Assembly: GCA_964353225.1 (NCBI GenBank)
Contig: CAYGVA010000001.1
Coordinates: 1-61,009, forward strand
DNA: 61,009 bases
Direction of reading: 5' to 3'
Source: an uncultured Leptolyngbya sp.
Lineage (GTDB): Bacteria > Cyanobacteriota > Cyanobacteriia > Phormidesmidales > Phormidesmidaceae
The position numbers were made by a program, and so were the translations under genes. This document shows, in pieces, positions 20,926 through 30,975 of the stretch. How positions within the stretch are numbered: the first letter of the stretch is position 1; every line of letters begins with the position of its first letter. A model generated the notes under the pieces. That model made no database searches. It was not told the DNA's origin and was given only the letters and a program-made list of their open reading frames with translations.

Positions 20926-21046
20926 ACCATCCAGCAAAGTTACTGTCATCCCATCACCAAATTGCATAGACTGGTGAGGCATCTTGCCCTAGAGTGCTTG
21001 AGTGACAATGCACTGGGTGGTCAGCTTTGGCCAGGGAAGGATGTAG

Positions 21047-21847
21047 ATGACATCGGTATCAGAACAGTTTTACGCCTGCCGCCAACGGGGACAATGTGCC
21101 CTCATCCCTTTTGTGACCGCTGGGGATCCAGATTTGGCGACGACGGCGGCAGCACTCAAAGTGTTGGATCAAAACGGAGCAGATTTGATTGAGCTGGGGG
21201 TTCCCTATTCCGATCCCTTAGCGGATGGTCCGGTCATTCAAGCCGCAGCGACTCGAGCCTTGCAGCAAGGGGTCACCCTAGATGGGGTACTCACCTTAGT
21301 CAAGGCGGTGGCTCCTGAGATCAGCGCCCCCATTATTCTCTTCACTTACTACAACCCGATTCTGAATCGCGGCATTGAAGTTTTCTTAAAAGATATTGCG
21401 GCGGCTGGGGTGAAAGGGCTGGTGGTGCCGGATCTGCCCTTAGAGGAAGTCGAGCCATTGATGGCGGCAGCGAGTCAAGCGGCAATTGAGCTTACCTTGT
21501 TGGTGGCACCCACGAGTCCTCAAGAGCGCATTCAAGCGATCGCAGCCCAATCTCAAGGTTTCATTTATCTGGTCAGTGTAACTGGGGTAACCGGGATGCG
21601 CAGCGAAATCCAGGGTCGGGTGCAAGGCTTGATCCAAGAGCTTCAGGCCACCACTGACAAGTCAATTGCGGTGGGCTTTGGGGTTTCACAGCCGGAACAG
21701 GCGGCCCAGCTACAGGCATGGGGAGCCCACGGCGTGGTGGTAGGAAGTGCCTTTGTGAAGCGATTGGCCGGGGTTCCTTCAGAGCAAGGTTTAGCTGCCA
21801 TTGGCAAATTTTGCCGTGAACTCAAAACAGCCATCACCTCATCTTAA
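21047..21847 (+). CDS. trpA: Tryptophan synthase alpha chain
   Basis: [46 protein letters not shown]. Confidence 0.99.
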   Translation: MTSVSEQFYACRQRGQCALIPFVTAGDPDLATTAAALKVLDQNGADLIELGVPYSDPLADGPVIQAAATRALQQGVTLDGVLTLVKAVAPEISAPIILFTYYNPILNRGIEVFLKDIAAAGVKGLVVPDLPLEEVEPLMAAASQAAIELTLLVAPTSPQERIQAIAAQSQGFIYLVSVTGVTGMRSEIQGRVQGLIQELQATTDKSIAVGFGVSQPEQAAQLQAWGAHGVVVGSAFVKRLAGVPSEQGLAAIGKFCRELKTAITSS

Positions 21848-21888
21848 AAGTGCTGTCTCCCTAATCTAAATCAATGATTTCAGCCTGC

Positions 21889-21906
21889 CGTCACACTTTC
21901 GTCACA
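21889..21906. promoter_or_regulatory. Direct repeat with 11-bp period (candidate OmpR/PhoB-family operator)
   Basis: CGTCACA-cttt-CGTCACA, about 310 bp upstream of the DUF11 operon. Confidence 0.4.
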
Positions 21907-22212
21907 TTCGCGTGGCATCCTACAGACATGAAAATACTTGCTTAGGGGATTGTATTTGCTGGGTTTTTTATGTATTAATGCGTAGGCGGTGGCTGCATCT
22001 ACAGAGTTTTCGGGAAAGTGTAAAGAAAGCTTTACGTCCTGGCTGATTTTCCTTTTGCTAGCTAGAGTTGGCTGCGACTGGCTTTGAATTCTGTCAATCT
22101 CTAGAGGATTTGGCTAGAACTGGTGTTTGCTTTGGGGATATGTTTTGCCCCAGGGTTTGCCAAAATCAGGCCATCAGGGTGAGGGTGCAAGTACTACCAA
22201 TGTTTTTGAGAA

Positions 22213-23211
22213 ATGACCAGTTTTGGTTGGATGTCTGAGCGATCTCGCTTTGTCTTAAGTAGATTTAGACGATGCAAGATTAGCCCTCTGAGGTTTTTCG
22301 CGATCGCCCTTGCTTCTTTATTTGTCACGATTGCGCTGCCCGATTTTAAAATTCTGCCTATCCGTTTTGGTGTATCCCCTGCGTATAGCCAAACAGTCGT
22401 TACCAATCAGGCCAGCGCTGAATATACGCCTCCAGTAGGTCCACCAGTTCCTGTTACCTCAAACTCAACCAGTGTTGGTGGTACCACGGCAGGCACAACT
22501 GGGATTACCAAGACAGCAGATCGCGGCGCAGCCGAACCCGGCGATGTCGTAACGTACCGATTGGTCGTTACCAATGCGACATCGAGTGCGACCACGGGGC
22601 CTGTAACCGTAACTGACACCCTTCCCCTGGGGGTACAGCTGATCCCCTCATCGATCACCACCTCACCCGCCGCAACAACAACCATAGTCAGCGGTCAATC
22701 CTTTACCCTCACCTTTCCCGCCTTGGCGGCTGGTTCAAGTATCAACATTGCCTACTCTGCTGAGATAACCGGTGATGCTGTTAGGGGCTCAGGCCGCAAC
22801 GTTGCCCAAGCGACACTGCCGGGTATTGGCACCTTTACCGCTACATTTCAACTCATCATTCGTCCAGGCATCTTGTCTGATTGCGGCACGATCATTGGCC
22901 GAGTGTTTGTCGACAAAAATTTTGATGGGGAGCAGCAATTGGGTGAGCCCGGTGTCCCCAATGCGGTTTTGTTCATGGATGACGGCAATCGGATCATTAC
23001 TGATCCCGATGGGTTGTTTTCTCTCATTAACGTGATCTCGGGTAATCGGGTCGGCACGCTGGACTTGTCTAGCTTGCCTGGTTATACCCTTGCTCCGAAC
23101 TTGTACTGGTTAGCCGATAACAGCGTGTCACGGCTGGTACGCCTAGAGCCTGGCGGACTAGCCCGAATGAATTTTGCCGTCACGCCTACCTTTGGGGAGG
23201 GACAGAGCTGA
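22213..23211 (+). CDS. Secreted DUF11-domain protein with C-terminal SdrD-B/Cna-B-like domain
   Basis: Signal peptide ending PAYS-Q; DUF11 motif 'ITKTADRGAAEPGDVVTYRLVVTN..VTVTDTLPLG'; 'IIGRVFVDKNFDGEQQLGEPGVPNA...TDPDGLFS'. Confidence 0.85.
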   Translation: MTSFGWMSERSRFVLSRFRRCKISPLRFFAIALASLFVTIALPDFKILPIRFGVSPAYSQTVVTNQASAEYTPPVGPPVPVTSNSTSVGGTTAGTTGITKTADRGAAEPGDVVTYRLVVTNATSSATTGPVTVTDTLPLGVQLIPSSITTSPAATTTIVSGQSFTLTFPALAAGSSINIAYSAEITGDAVRGSGRNVAQATLPGIGTFTATFQLIIRPGILSDCGTIIGRVFVDKNFDGEQQLGEPGVPNAVLFMDDGNRIITDPDGLFSLINVISGNRVGTLDLSSLPGYTLAPNLYWLADNSVSRLVRLEPGGLARMNFAVTPTFGEGQS

Positions 23212-26200
23212 TGAAGTTCCTCATAGCGATTTCTCACATATTTGGCTGGGTCGGCGTTGTTGCCATCTCTGCCAATCTCTCCGGTCTAGGGCTGTCCAAT
23301 GCCTATGCTAGCGATGCCCCCGATGAGCCATTGGAATCTTTTGAATCTGAGGTTGAGTGGGCCGAGCCAGGTCGTGCGGACGCTTTATTGGACCCCGTGG
23401 CGACTGACGAGCTATCTCATGCTGACGCTTCAGGGTCTTTAGCGCTGCCAGGCGTATCTGGTAGGACGGCTGAACTAGAGGAACTCTCGACTGGTCTCAC
23501 CAACGAAATTATTTCAATAACTGCCGAGGAAACCCCACCGGATCCCTTGGGCAGCGAGACTAACCCAGAGGTCTTGGGGGATGGCGAAACCCTTCAACTT
23601 GACGAAGCTGCTGATGCAATCCCTGACCAACCCGCCTCAGACGAGGTGAACGCACTTGTATTAGAGCTAGTCCCTGTCGATAGTGCCGCAGTCCCTGCCG
23701 ATAACCGATCCATCTTGGAACTCAAGGGTTCGATTACTGACAACGAGGGCGCAGCCTTATTAAGGGATGTGGTGGTTACCCTCACCACCAGTGCGGGAGA
23801 GTTTTTAGGGGCTGATTACGATAGCGATCTCCCTGGATTTCAGGTGCTAGCGCGTCAAGGGCAGTTTCAGGCAAGCCTCCGATCTACCCTTGAGGCTCAG
23901 CAGGTGCAGGTTCGGGCTACCGTCGATGGCTATGAGGCTCGAGGCCTGGAGCGTGAAGCAACGCTAACCCCCATTCCTCCCTTAGAAGCCGTTGCCAATC
24001 TGGTTTTCATTACCCATCTACGCCCCTCCTTAGTATCTGGGGTAATTGACTTTCGCCTAGGCGCAGGGGGCACTGACTATTGGGGGAGTTATCAAGACTT
24101 TTTAGATCCAGATTTGGTTGGCACTACAGACTTTGACCTGGATGCTGGTATTTTTGCCACCGGGACCTTTGGGGAATGGCTATTTACCGGTGCCGTTAAT
24201 ACCGAGCGCGCCCTCAATGAAACCTGCGATGGTAATCGCCTGTTTCGGGATACTCAATTTTGTGAACAGCGCTATCCCGTTTATGGAGATAGCTCCCAGG
24301 TTGATTACTTGACGCCGTCTGTTGACAACGTCTATTTCCGATTTCAGCGGGACTCTAGGATCTCGGGAGCTGAGCCCGACTACTTTATGTGGGGTGACTA
24401 TACCACCCAGGAATTTGCCCGCACCTCCCAGGACTTCACCGCTGTTACCCGTCAGCTTCACGGCTTTAAAGGCAATTACACCTTTGGCAATGTGCAGTTG
24501 ACAGCCATGTATGCCAATAATTTGAGGCCGTTTCAGCGAGATACCCTAGTTCCCGATGGCACGAGTGGCTACTATTTCTTATCGCGGAGAGCGATTTTTG
24601 TAGGTAGTGAAGACATTTTTCTGGAGGTTGAGGAGCTGAACCGTCCTGGGACGGTGCTCGAAAGGCAAAGATTGGTCCGCGGTGCCGACTATGAGATCGA
24701 CTATGATCGCGGCACCCTACTATTTCGACAGCCGCTCCATGCGACTGAATTGAATGCTATAGGCGAAACCTTGGTCCGTCGGATTGTGGCTACCTACCAA
24801 GTTGATGGTGTCGGGGTTGGCGGTAATCTCTATGCGGTCCGTTTTCAGTACAACCTAGAACCCGGTGAAGAAACAGCGGGCTGGGCAGGTTTTACTGCAT
24901 TGTCGGAGGATCGGGGAGAGCAAATCTTTAGATTGGCGGGTGTAGATCTGCTTTTGCCGCTCGGGGAGACGGGAGAGTTGACCGCTGAAATTGCACGTTC
25001 TTCTCTAGACATCAGTGGGCAAACCACCAGTGGCAGTGCTTATCGCCTAGAAGCTAACGGGCCATTATTAAACGATATTATTGACGGCTCTTTTTACTTT
25101 CGTAGTGCGAGTAGTGGGTTTGATAATACGGCGACCGCTAGTTTTCGCCCTGGCCAAACCCGCTGGGGGGCAACGCTTAACGCTAACCTGAGTGCAGATA
25201 CGGAGATTTCCTTTGGGTTTGATCAAGAAATCAATGTTGGTACAGCCCCCGAGGTTTTTGCGGGTAATACCCTTCAGGAGCTGCAAGCCTCAGGCAATTT
25301 AGCGAGCGTGCTGGTGCCTGGCCAATATGCCACCGCTGGCTCAGTTGTAGATAACACCCTCACAACATTTCGATTGGGGATACAACAACAGGTTGGCGTT
25401 GCCCAGCTCGGGCTGGACTTTGTGAATCGTGAGCGCGAGGATCGCATTGCTGGCATCAGTACTAGCGCCCAGCAGTTTGTCCCTCGTGTGGGGATTCCTC
25501 TGGGTGTGGATTTAGATTTTAATGCCCAAAGCGAATTGAACTTTGGCTCTGAATCCGATGCGCTTTACCCGACCCGGACAACCGTCAGTCTAGATTGGCG
25601 TATTGATCCTAATTTGACCCTTCAGCTCGCCCAACAATTTGCCTCGGGGGGGCGGCAACCCGGTTCTGTTACCAGCCTCAATACCATTGCAAATTACGAC
25701 CTAGGCGAGAATACGACTCTAACTAGTCGCTACTCCATCATTGGGGGTTATGGCGGCGTGATCGGACAATCTGCCTTAGGGTTAAATCATCGCTTGATCC
25801 TGGCTCCGGGGCTGCGGGCTAATTTTGGCTTCGAGCGGATTAATGGCAGCAGCTTTAATGAGACGGGGGCAGGACAGCAGTCTGCTATACCCTATGCCGT
25901 TGGAGCCGGGGCATCGGCATTGGGGTTGCAGGATTCAACTGCGTATTCCTTAGGGTTTGAATATACGGCCAACCCTAATTTCCAGGCCAGTACCCGGATT
26001 GAACACCGGGATTCTGCTTCTGGTAACAACACTGTGTTTACGCTGACAGCGGCTGGGCAGGTTACGCCTGAATTGACGACGCTATTTCGTTACCAGCGAG
26101 CCAACTACGCCAACCAAATTATTAACGGCAATTTAGGGTCGTCTGCGAGCGCCAAGCTGGGGCTGGCTTATCGGAATCCGGTGAGCGATCGCTTTAATGG

Positions 26201-26903
26201 CCTTTTAAGCTACGAATATCGCCGTAACCCTTCGACCACTCCCACCTCACTCCTGATCAATAGCGAGGTGGGTTCCAACCTTGGTTCTAGCGATCATACC
26301 TTTGCCTTCGAAGGGATTTACTCCCCTGATTGGCAATGGGAGTTTTATACCAAATACGCCTTTCGCCTAAATAACGCCACGATCGCCGATGGCTCTGACT
26401 ATTCCACCAGCATTCATTTAGGCCAACTCCGGGCCTCCTATCGGTTTGCCTACCGTTGGGACATTCTGGGGGAAGTGCGCCTGATCACCCAACCTTCCGC
26501 AAGCTACACCGAAGTGGGTACAGCCCTAGAGCTGGGTTATTATCTAACGCCCGATTTACGGGTAGGGGTGGGTTACAGTTTTGGCAGCGTCACTAGCGAT
26601 GGCTTTGGGGGCAGTGGCTATCGTTCTGCAAGTGGTCCCTATCTAGGGGTGCAATTTAAAGTTAACGAGCTCCTCAGTGATTTTGGTCTCCAGACCGTTG
26701 CCCCTGCCCAGCAACAAGAATCTTATGTAGAGACGGCACCATCTGAACCTGAGCCGGTGGAGGCAGAAACGTTGCCTGAGGGCGAAGTTGAGGGGGATCC
26801 CCCCGCTGACGAAGCCGTGACTCCCAGCGATGAGGACATTCCCGCTGTTGACCCGATGTTGGCCGCACCATTACCCGTCGATGCTGTAGGGGAGGGCGAA
26901 TAA
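23211..26903 (+). CDS. Large predicted outer-membrane beta-barrel protein with N-terminal Ig-like region
   Basis: Signal peptide (AYA-S), acidic linker, Ig-like 'PADNRSILELKGSITD..VVVTLTTSAG', then many amphipathic beta-strands (LELGYYLTPDLRVGVGYSFG, GPYLGVQFKV); ATG overlaps the upstream stop (TGATG). Confidence 0.75.
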   Translation: MKFLIAISHIFGWVGVVAISANLSGLGLSNAYASDAPDEPLESFESEVEWAEPGRADALLDPVATDELSHADASGSLALPGVSGRTAELEELSTGLTNEIISITAEETPPDPLGSETNPEVLGDGETLQLDEAADAIPDQPASDEVNALVLELVPVDSAAVPADNRSILELKGSITDNEGAALLRDVVVTLTTSAGEFLGADYDSDLPGFQVLARQGQFQASLRSTLEAQQVQVRATVDGYEARGLEREATLTPIPPLEAVANLVFITHLRPSLVSGVIDFRLGAGGTDYWGSYQDFLDPDLVGTTDFDLDAGIFATGTFGEWLFTGAVNTERALNETCDGNRLFRDTQFCEQRYPVYGDSSQVDYLTPSVDNVYFRFQRDSRISGAEPDYFMWGDYTTQEFARTSQDFTAVTRQLHGFKGNYTFGNVQLTAMYANNLRPFQRDTLVPDGTSGYYFLSRRAIFVGSEDIFLEVEELNRPGTVLERQRLVRGADYEIDYDRGTLLFRQPLHATELNAIGETLVRRIVATYQVDGVGVGGNLYAVRFQYNLEPGEETAGWAGFTALSEDRGEQIFRLAGVDLLLPLGETGELTAEIARSSLDISGQTTSGSAYRLEANGPLLNDIIDGSFYFRSASSGFDNTATASFRPGQTRWGATLNANLSADTEISFGFDQEINVGTAPEVFAGNTLQELQASGNLASVLVPGQYATAGSVVDNTLTTFRLGIQQQVGVAQLGLDFVNREREDRIAGISTSAQQFVPRVGIPLGVDLDFNAQSELNFGSESDALYPTRTTVSLDWRIDPNLTLQLAQQFASGGRQPGSVTSLNTIANYDLGENTTLTSRYSIIGGYGGVIGQSALGLNHRLILAPGLRANFGFERINGSSFNETGAGQQSAIPYAVGAGASALGLQDSTAYSLGFEYTANPNFQASTRIEHRDSASGNNTVFTLTAAGQVTPELTTLFRYQRANYANQIINGNLGSSASAKLGLAYRNPVSDRFNGLLSYEYRRNPSTTPTSLLINSEVGSNLGSSDHTFAFEGIYSPDWQWEFYTKYAFRLNNATIADGSDYSTSIHLGQLRASYRFAYRWDILGEVRLITQPSASYTEVGTALELGYYLTPDLRVGVGYSFGSVTSDGFGGSGYRSASGPYLGVQFKVNELLSDFGLQTVAPAQQQESYVETAPSEPEPVEAETLPEGEVEGDPPADEAVTPSDEDIPAVDPMLAAPLPVDAVGEGE

Positions 26904-26905
26904 TC

Positions 26906-28954
26906 ATGGGATTATCAAAACCGCTATGGATGGGATTGGGTTTGTTGCTAAGCGGGTTGCCGGTGAATGTGGCTTTGGGGCAAGCCGTTCCCATGCAGAT
27001 CACCGTTAATAGTGCCCACGATGGTCTGATTCAGGCCGACGATGCGCTAACGCTGCGAGAGGCGATTGAGATTGCTAACGGCACCCTGCCTGTGGCTGAA
27101 CTTTCGGTGGCGGAGCAGGTTCAACTCTCCCCGTCACCAGATATCCACACTTGGATTGGTTTTGACTTACCCCCAGAGCAGACCACAATTTACTTGCAGG
27201 ATTTACTTCCTCCGCTGACCACTTCTCACTTAATAATTGATGGCACTAGCCAACCGGGTTACGGTGCGACTCGGCCAGAGTTGCCCCATATTCCGATTCC
27301 TGTGGTCAGCCTGACCCCTGCACGAGGGGTTGAAGTTTTTCGGGGAATAACCGTTGCGGGGAGCGATATTACGATTCAGGGTTTGAGTCTTTACGGATTT
27401 TGGGCCTCATCCCGCGCCACCCTCACGACTCCTCCCGCTGATATTTTCATTGCGAGCGCTCCGCCTCCGGCTGATTCCAGTCCGGATGCCCCTTCAGTAG
27501 AATCCTTTGATTTACATAACGCCGAGGTTCATGCTCCCCGCACCGTACTACACCATAACTGGTTAGGGGTTACCCCTGAGGGTGCTACTCCTGAGCAGCG
27601 CTCTGCCTTCGGAGTTTCTGTCTTTAATGGGGTGGATGTCCGGGTTTCTGAAAATTTAATTCAGCACCATGAAGGGAGTGGTGTGATTACTGGACATCGT
27701 GCGACCGGTCTGGTGCTTGTCGGTAATGCCATCTTGGGCAATGGTGTGGCTGGTATGCCCGATGCCATTCGCCTAGAAGGCAATGTGGAGCGAGCCGAGA
27801 TTACGAATAATTTGATCTGTGGCAATGATGGCAGTGGCATTTTCATGTTTCACCCTGAGGGCTCAGTACATATCGAGGGTAACGATATTCGCTTTAACGG
27901 TCGGCGGTTTCATCGAGCGGCCCTCTATGTCATGGGAGATGGCCACAGCATTATTGACAACATGATTGGGCATCAACCAGGACCCGGTGTTGCCATTGCG
28001 GCTCGCCCCCATAGTGAGCGCAATATTGTTCGCAACAATCGATTTACTGCCCTTGATGGCCTCACCATTGACCTAGTGGCTCGACGCAATGCGGGAGTTT
28101 ATGATTTTCAACGGGCCGATGGCCCTAATCCGCCCCGTAATTCTCACCACCGTCGTTCAGATACCGCCAATGGTGCTATTAATGCCCCGGAGTTTGACAG
28201 TTATGTTTTTGATGGAACCGCTGGCCCTTTGCAAATCACCGGCATTGCTGATCCCGGTAGCGAAGTGGACTTATATCTGATTCAAGAATCGGCGGAGGTG
28301 TACGGTCCCTTAGGGGAACCAATCGCTACCGTTAAGGCTGATGAAATATCGGGACAATTTGAGTTCGTTTGGGAGTCGGACACCGGAGGGTGGGTAGGGG
28401 CGATCGCCTCAGATCCCCGCTATGGCACTTCCGAACCTTCCCCAGTGATTCAGGTGATTGGCCCAGACGGAGTTATGCCTGAGCGGCAAGGTCCTGCCCC
28501 CTATGTGGCCCAATGCCTCACCGCGCCCCCTGCCGATCCGCCGTTGCCCCCCGAGCCAATTCGTCTCCGCATTCAGCGGAATATCCACTTTGCGCTGGAT
28601 CGCTCTAACATCAGCCCCGAAAGTGCCGTCATCTTAGATGGCATTGCAGCGGTGATGTTGGAATATCCGTTCCTCACGGTGGAACTCCATGGTCATACCG
28701 ACCCCCGCGCCAGTGTGGCCTATAACCAGGCACTCAGTGAGCGTCGGGCCTTAGCCGCTCGGGACTATCTGGTTCGCCAAGGCATACCCCCAGAGCAATT
28801 GCGGATTGTACCCTTCGGGGAAAGTCAGCGGCGCACCACGGGGAGTTCACGGGTAGATTACGCCCGCGATCGCCGCGTCGAATTCGTCTTTACTGATACC
28901 CGAGGACTAGACATCGTTTTTGAAGATCTCGAAACGGATCTGCAAATCGAGTAG
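26906..28954 (+). CDS. Parallel beta-helix protein with C-terminal OmpA-like peptidoglycan-binding domain
   Basis: Signal peptide; CSLREA-like 'ITVNS..D...LTLREAIEIAN'; G/N-rich beta-helix repeats; OmpA motifs NIHFALDRS, GHTD, YNQALSERRA, RRVEF. Confidence 0.9.
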   Translation: MGLSKPLWMGLGLLLSGLPVNVALGQAVPMQITVNSAHDGLIQADDALTLREAIEIANGTLPVAELSVAEQVQLSPSPDIHTWIGFDLPPEQTTIYLQDLLPPLTTSHLIIDGTSQPGYGATRPELPHIPIPVVSLTPARGVEVFRGITVAGSDITIQGLSLYGFWASSRATLTTPPADIFIASAPPPADSSPDAPSVESFDLHNAEVHAPRTVLHHNWLGVTPEGATPEQRSAFGVSVFNGVDVRVSENLIQHHEGSGVITGHRATGLVLVGNAILGNGVAGMPDAIRLEGNVERAEITNNLICGNDGSGIFMFHPEGSVHIEGNDIRFNGRRFHRAALYVMGDGHSIIDNMIGHQPGPGVAIAARPHSERNIVRNNRFTALDGLTIDLVARRNAGVYDFQRADGPNPPRNSHHRRSDTANGAINAPEFDSYVFDGTAGPLQITGIADPGSEVDLYLIQESAEVYGPLGEPIATVKADEISGQFEFVWESDTGGWVGAIASDPRYGTSEPSPVIQVIGPDGVMPERQGPAPYVAQCLTAPPADPPLPPEPIRLRIQRNIHFALDRSNISPESAVILDGIAAVMLEYPFLTVELHGHTDPRASVAYNQALSERRALAARDYLVRQGIPPEQLRIVPFGESQRRTTGSSRVDYARDRRVEFVFTDTRGLDIVFEDLETDLQIE

Positions 28955-28998
28955 ATTAGCTCACCTTAAGTTATCTATCCCCGACCCCGCTTTAGCCC

Positions 28999-30648
28999 AT
29001 GCAAACGGCAAATAGGAACACAGGTATGTCACTGCCAGAGAGATACAGATATCGCATAGTCAGTTTATTTAAGCTTTGCTTATTTACCCTTGTTTGCGTA
29101 CTGATTATCCAAGAACCTGTATTGGCAAATCGGCCCATACAGACTTATCTCACCAGTAATGTGGCCGGCACCCCTGCCAATTTTACGGCTGTCCCTTATG
29201 CCACTCCCTGTGGGTCTACGGGTGCAAATGCTATTACGGGCTGTGCGGCAGCTGGCGTAAACACAAATATGAACTTCGGTTCGGGCAACAATATTCAACT
29301 GAATGGTATGGTCGTTGACGTTGCGGGGACACCAACCTTTTTCGAACCAGCACTAAACCTGACCACTACGGGCACGGGGTTGGCCAATCGGGTGGTTTTT
29401 CGCCGCAGTGGCGTGGCCAATCCCGCCACGGGTTCGACCACGACGGAGCAAGCCTTCTGGGAGTTCGACACTCTGGTGTTGCCTGGTGGTGGCACAGGCA
29501 GCATTAACTTAAGGCCCAACAATGCTGCCACCCTGGCAGATGCCATGTTAAGTCGCACAATTAATCGGGGAATTGATAATACATTTAATAATGTCGCAAC
29601 CCCGCTTGGTCAAGAGACTCGGAATAATATTGAGCGAATTGACTATATTATTGATGCCCCTGGGGTGGCTAGCCCAGCCAATTTAAATACCGTTGGATTC
29701 GCCATTTTAGAACGGGGTGGCAATGATGCTTTTCAAGTTGCAGCAATTACAGGGCTCGATGTCGCTGGCAATCCATCCAGCTATAAGGCGCTAACGCCAG
29801 GGGGAAGTGGTGCCTATGGCGGCGGAGCCGCCGCTAACATCGAAACAGCCGTACTGCGTAGTGATAATCCACCTACAACATCTAACCCGTTTCGTCTATC
29901 TCACCGGGTCCCAGCCCAAGATATTCGAGGGCGCTTCTTCACCTTGGCAGACCTAGGCATCGTTGCAGGTGATTTTGTCTTTGGCTACTCCATATTTGCT
30001 GGTGATGTTCCTGTTGCAACTCTGCCAAATGACCTGGTAGATATTAACAATACAACTGTTTTCCCAAGAACCACTGATGGCGGTGTAAATGGCATTGACC
30101 TAATTGCCGGTGGAATTATTTTTTCGAGCCCCGCCGCCCAAGATTTTCAGCTATTTAAGCGCATCACCAATCTTACCGATAGTGCCGGTGCCGCTTTGAC
30201 GACGTTAGATTTCACCACCGAAGAATCAACCACGGGCATTGCTGCCATCGTCAAAAGTGCGGGCATTGACCCAGTGGGCCTGACAAGTATCACGAATGTT
30301 CCGTTGTCAACGGGCAATCAGATCGAATACACCATTTACTACGCCAGCCCAACGAGTAATTCTACTGCGGTCAATATCTGCGATCAGATTCCCTCTGGAA
30401 CTACCTTTATCCCGGATACTTATACCGCAACCAGCGGCATCCAAGTCATTAACCCTGGTAACCCGGTTGGGGCAGCCACGACCCACACCAATGCCAATGA
30501 TGGCGATACGGGCCGGTTTGAAGCAGTAGGGGCCGTATTGCCCGGCTTCTGCGGCACCAGCGCAGGTAACGGTGCTGTTATTGAGGAAGGTCTAACGGTT
30601 AATGCTGGACAGGCAGGGCGCATCACATTTCGCGTTTCAGTCAATTAA
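28999..30648 (+). CDS. Secreted Thr/Gly/Asn-rich protein with C-terminal DUF11-like domain
   Basis: Signal peptide ending PVLA-N; C-terminal 'LFKRITN...GNQIEYTIYY...ICDQIPSGTTFIP...NDGDTGRF...GRITFRVSVN'; alternative start ATG 29026. Confidence 0.8.
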   Translation: MQTANRNTGMSLPERYRYRIVSLFKLCLFTLVCVLIIQEPVLANRPIQTYLTSNVAGTPANFTAVPYATPCGSTGANAITGCAAAGVNTNMNFGSGNNIQLNGMVVDVAGTPTFFEPALNLTTTGTGLANRVVFRRSGVANPATGSTTTEQAFWEFDTLVLPGGGTGSINLRPNNAATLADAMLSRTINRGIDNTFNNVATPLGQETRNNIERIDYIIDAPGVASPANLNTVGFAILERGGNDAFQVAAITGLDVAGNPSSYKALTPGGSGAYGGGAAANIETAVLRSDNPPTTSNPFRLSHRVPAQDIRGRFFTLADLGIVAGDFVFGYSIFAGDVPVATLPNDLVDINNTTVFPRTTDGGVNGIDLIAGGIIFSSPAAQDFQLFKRITNLTDSAGAALTTLDFTTEESTTGIAAIVKSAGIDPVGLTSITNVPLSTGNQIEYTIYYASPTSNSTAVNICDQIPSGTTFIPDTYTATSGIQVINPGNPVGAATTHTNANDGDTGRFEAVGAVLPGFCGTSAGNGAVIEEGLTVNAGQAGRITFRVSVN

Positions 30649-30733
30649 ATTCAGATGCCTTCGGCTCCGTTCACCTGAGCACTGTTATCTAATTGCTGAA
30701 TCAGGATTCAACGGCGCAGGAGCGGATGGTTTT

Positions 30734-30773
30734 CTCAGCCAGCCATCACCCAACTGGGTGATGGCTGGCTGAG
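30734..30773. terminator. Perfect 18-bp stem-loop after the DUF11 operon
   Basis: CTCAGCCAGCCATCACCC-aact-GGGTGATGGCTGGCTGAG. Confidence 0.65.
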
Positions 30774-30975
30774 TGATGACGAATGCATCTCTTTTGGGCA
30801 CCAAGCTCCGCCGGTTTACTGTTGTGTGGCCATCGCCAGTTCGTTCGGTTCGGCCAAGCCTGCGGGCCAGTGCTTTAGTTTGATCAAAATTTGCGTGTTT
30901 CTGCCTGTGCGAGGCGTATAACAGACAGGGGTGCCGCCGATCGCGATCTTAAAAACTGCTAGGGAGGCTACGGCC

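Noticed and set aside
22213-30648. Recent horizontal acquisition of the DUF11 operon (looks somewhat more AT-rich)
   Set aside because: HIP1 sites occur inside it and there are no flanking mobility genes or direct repeats; composition was not computed
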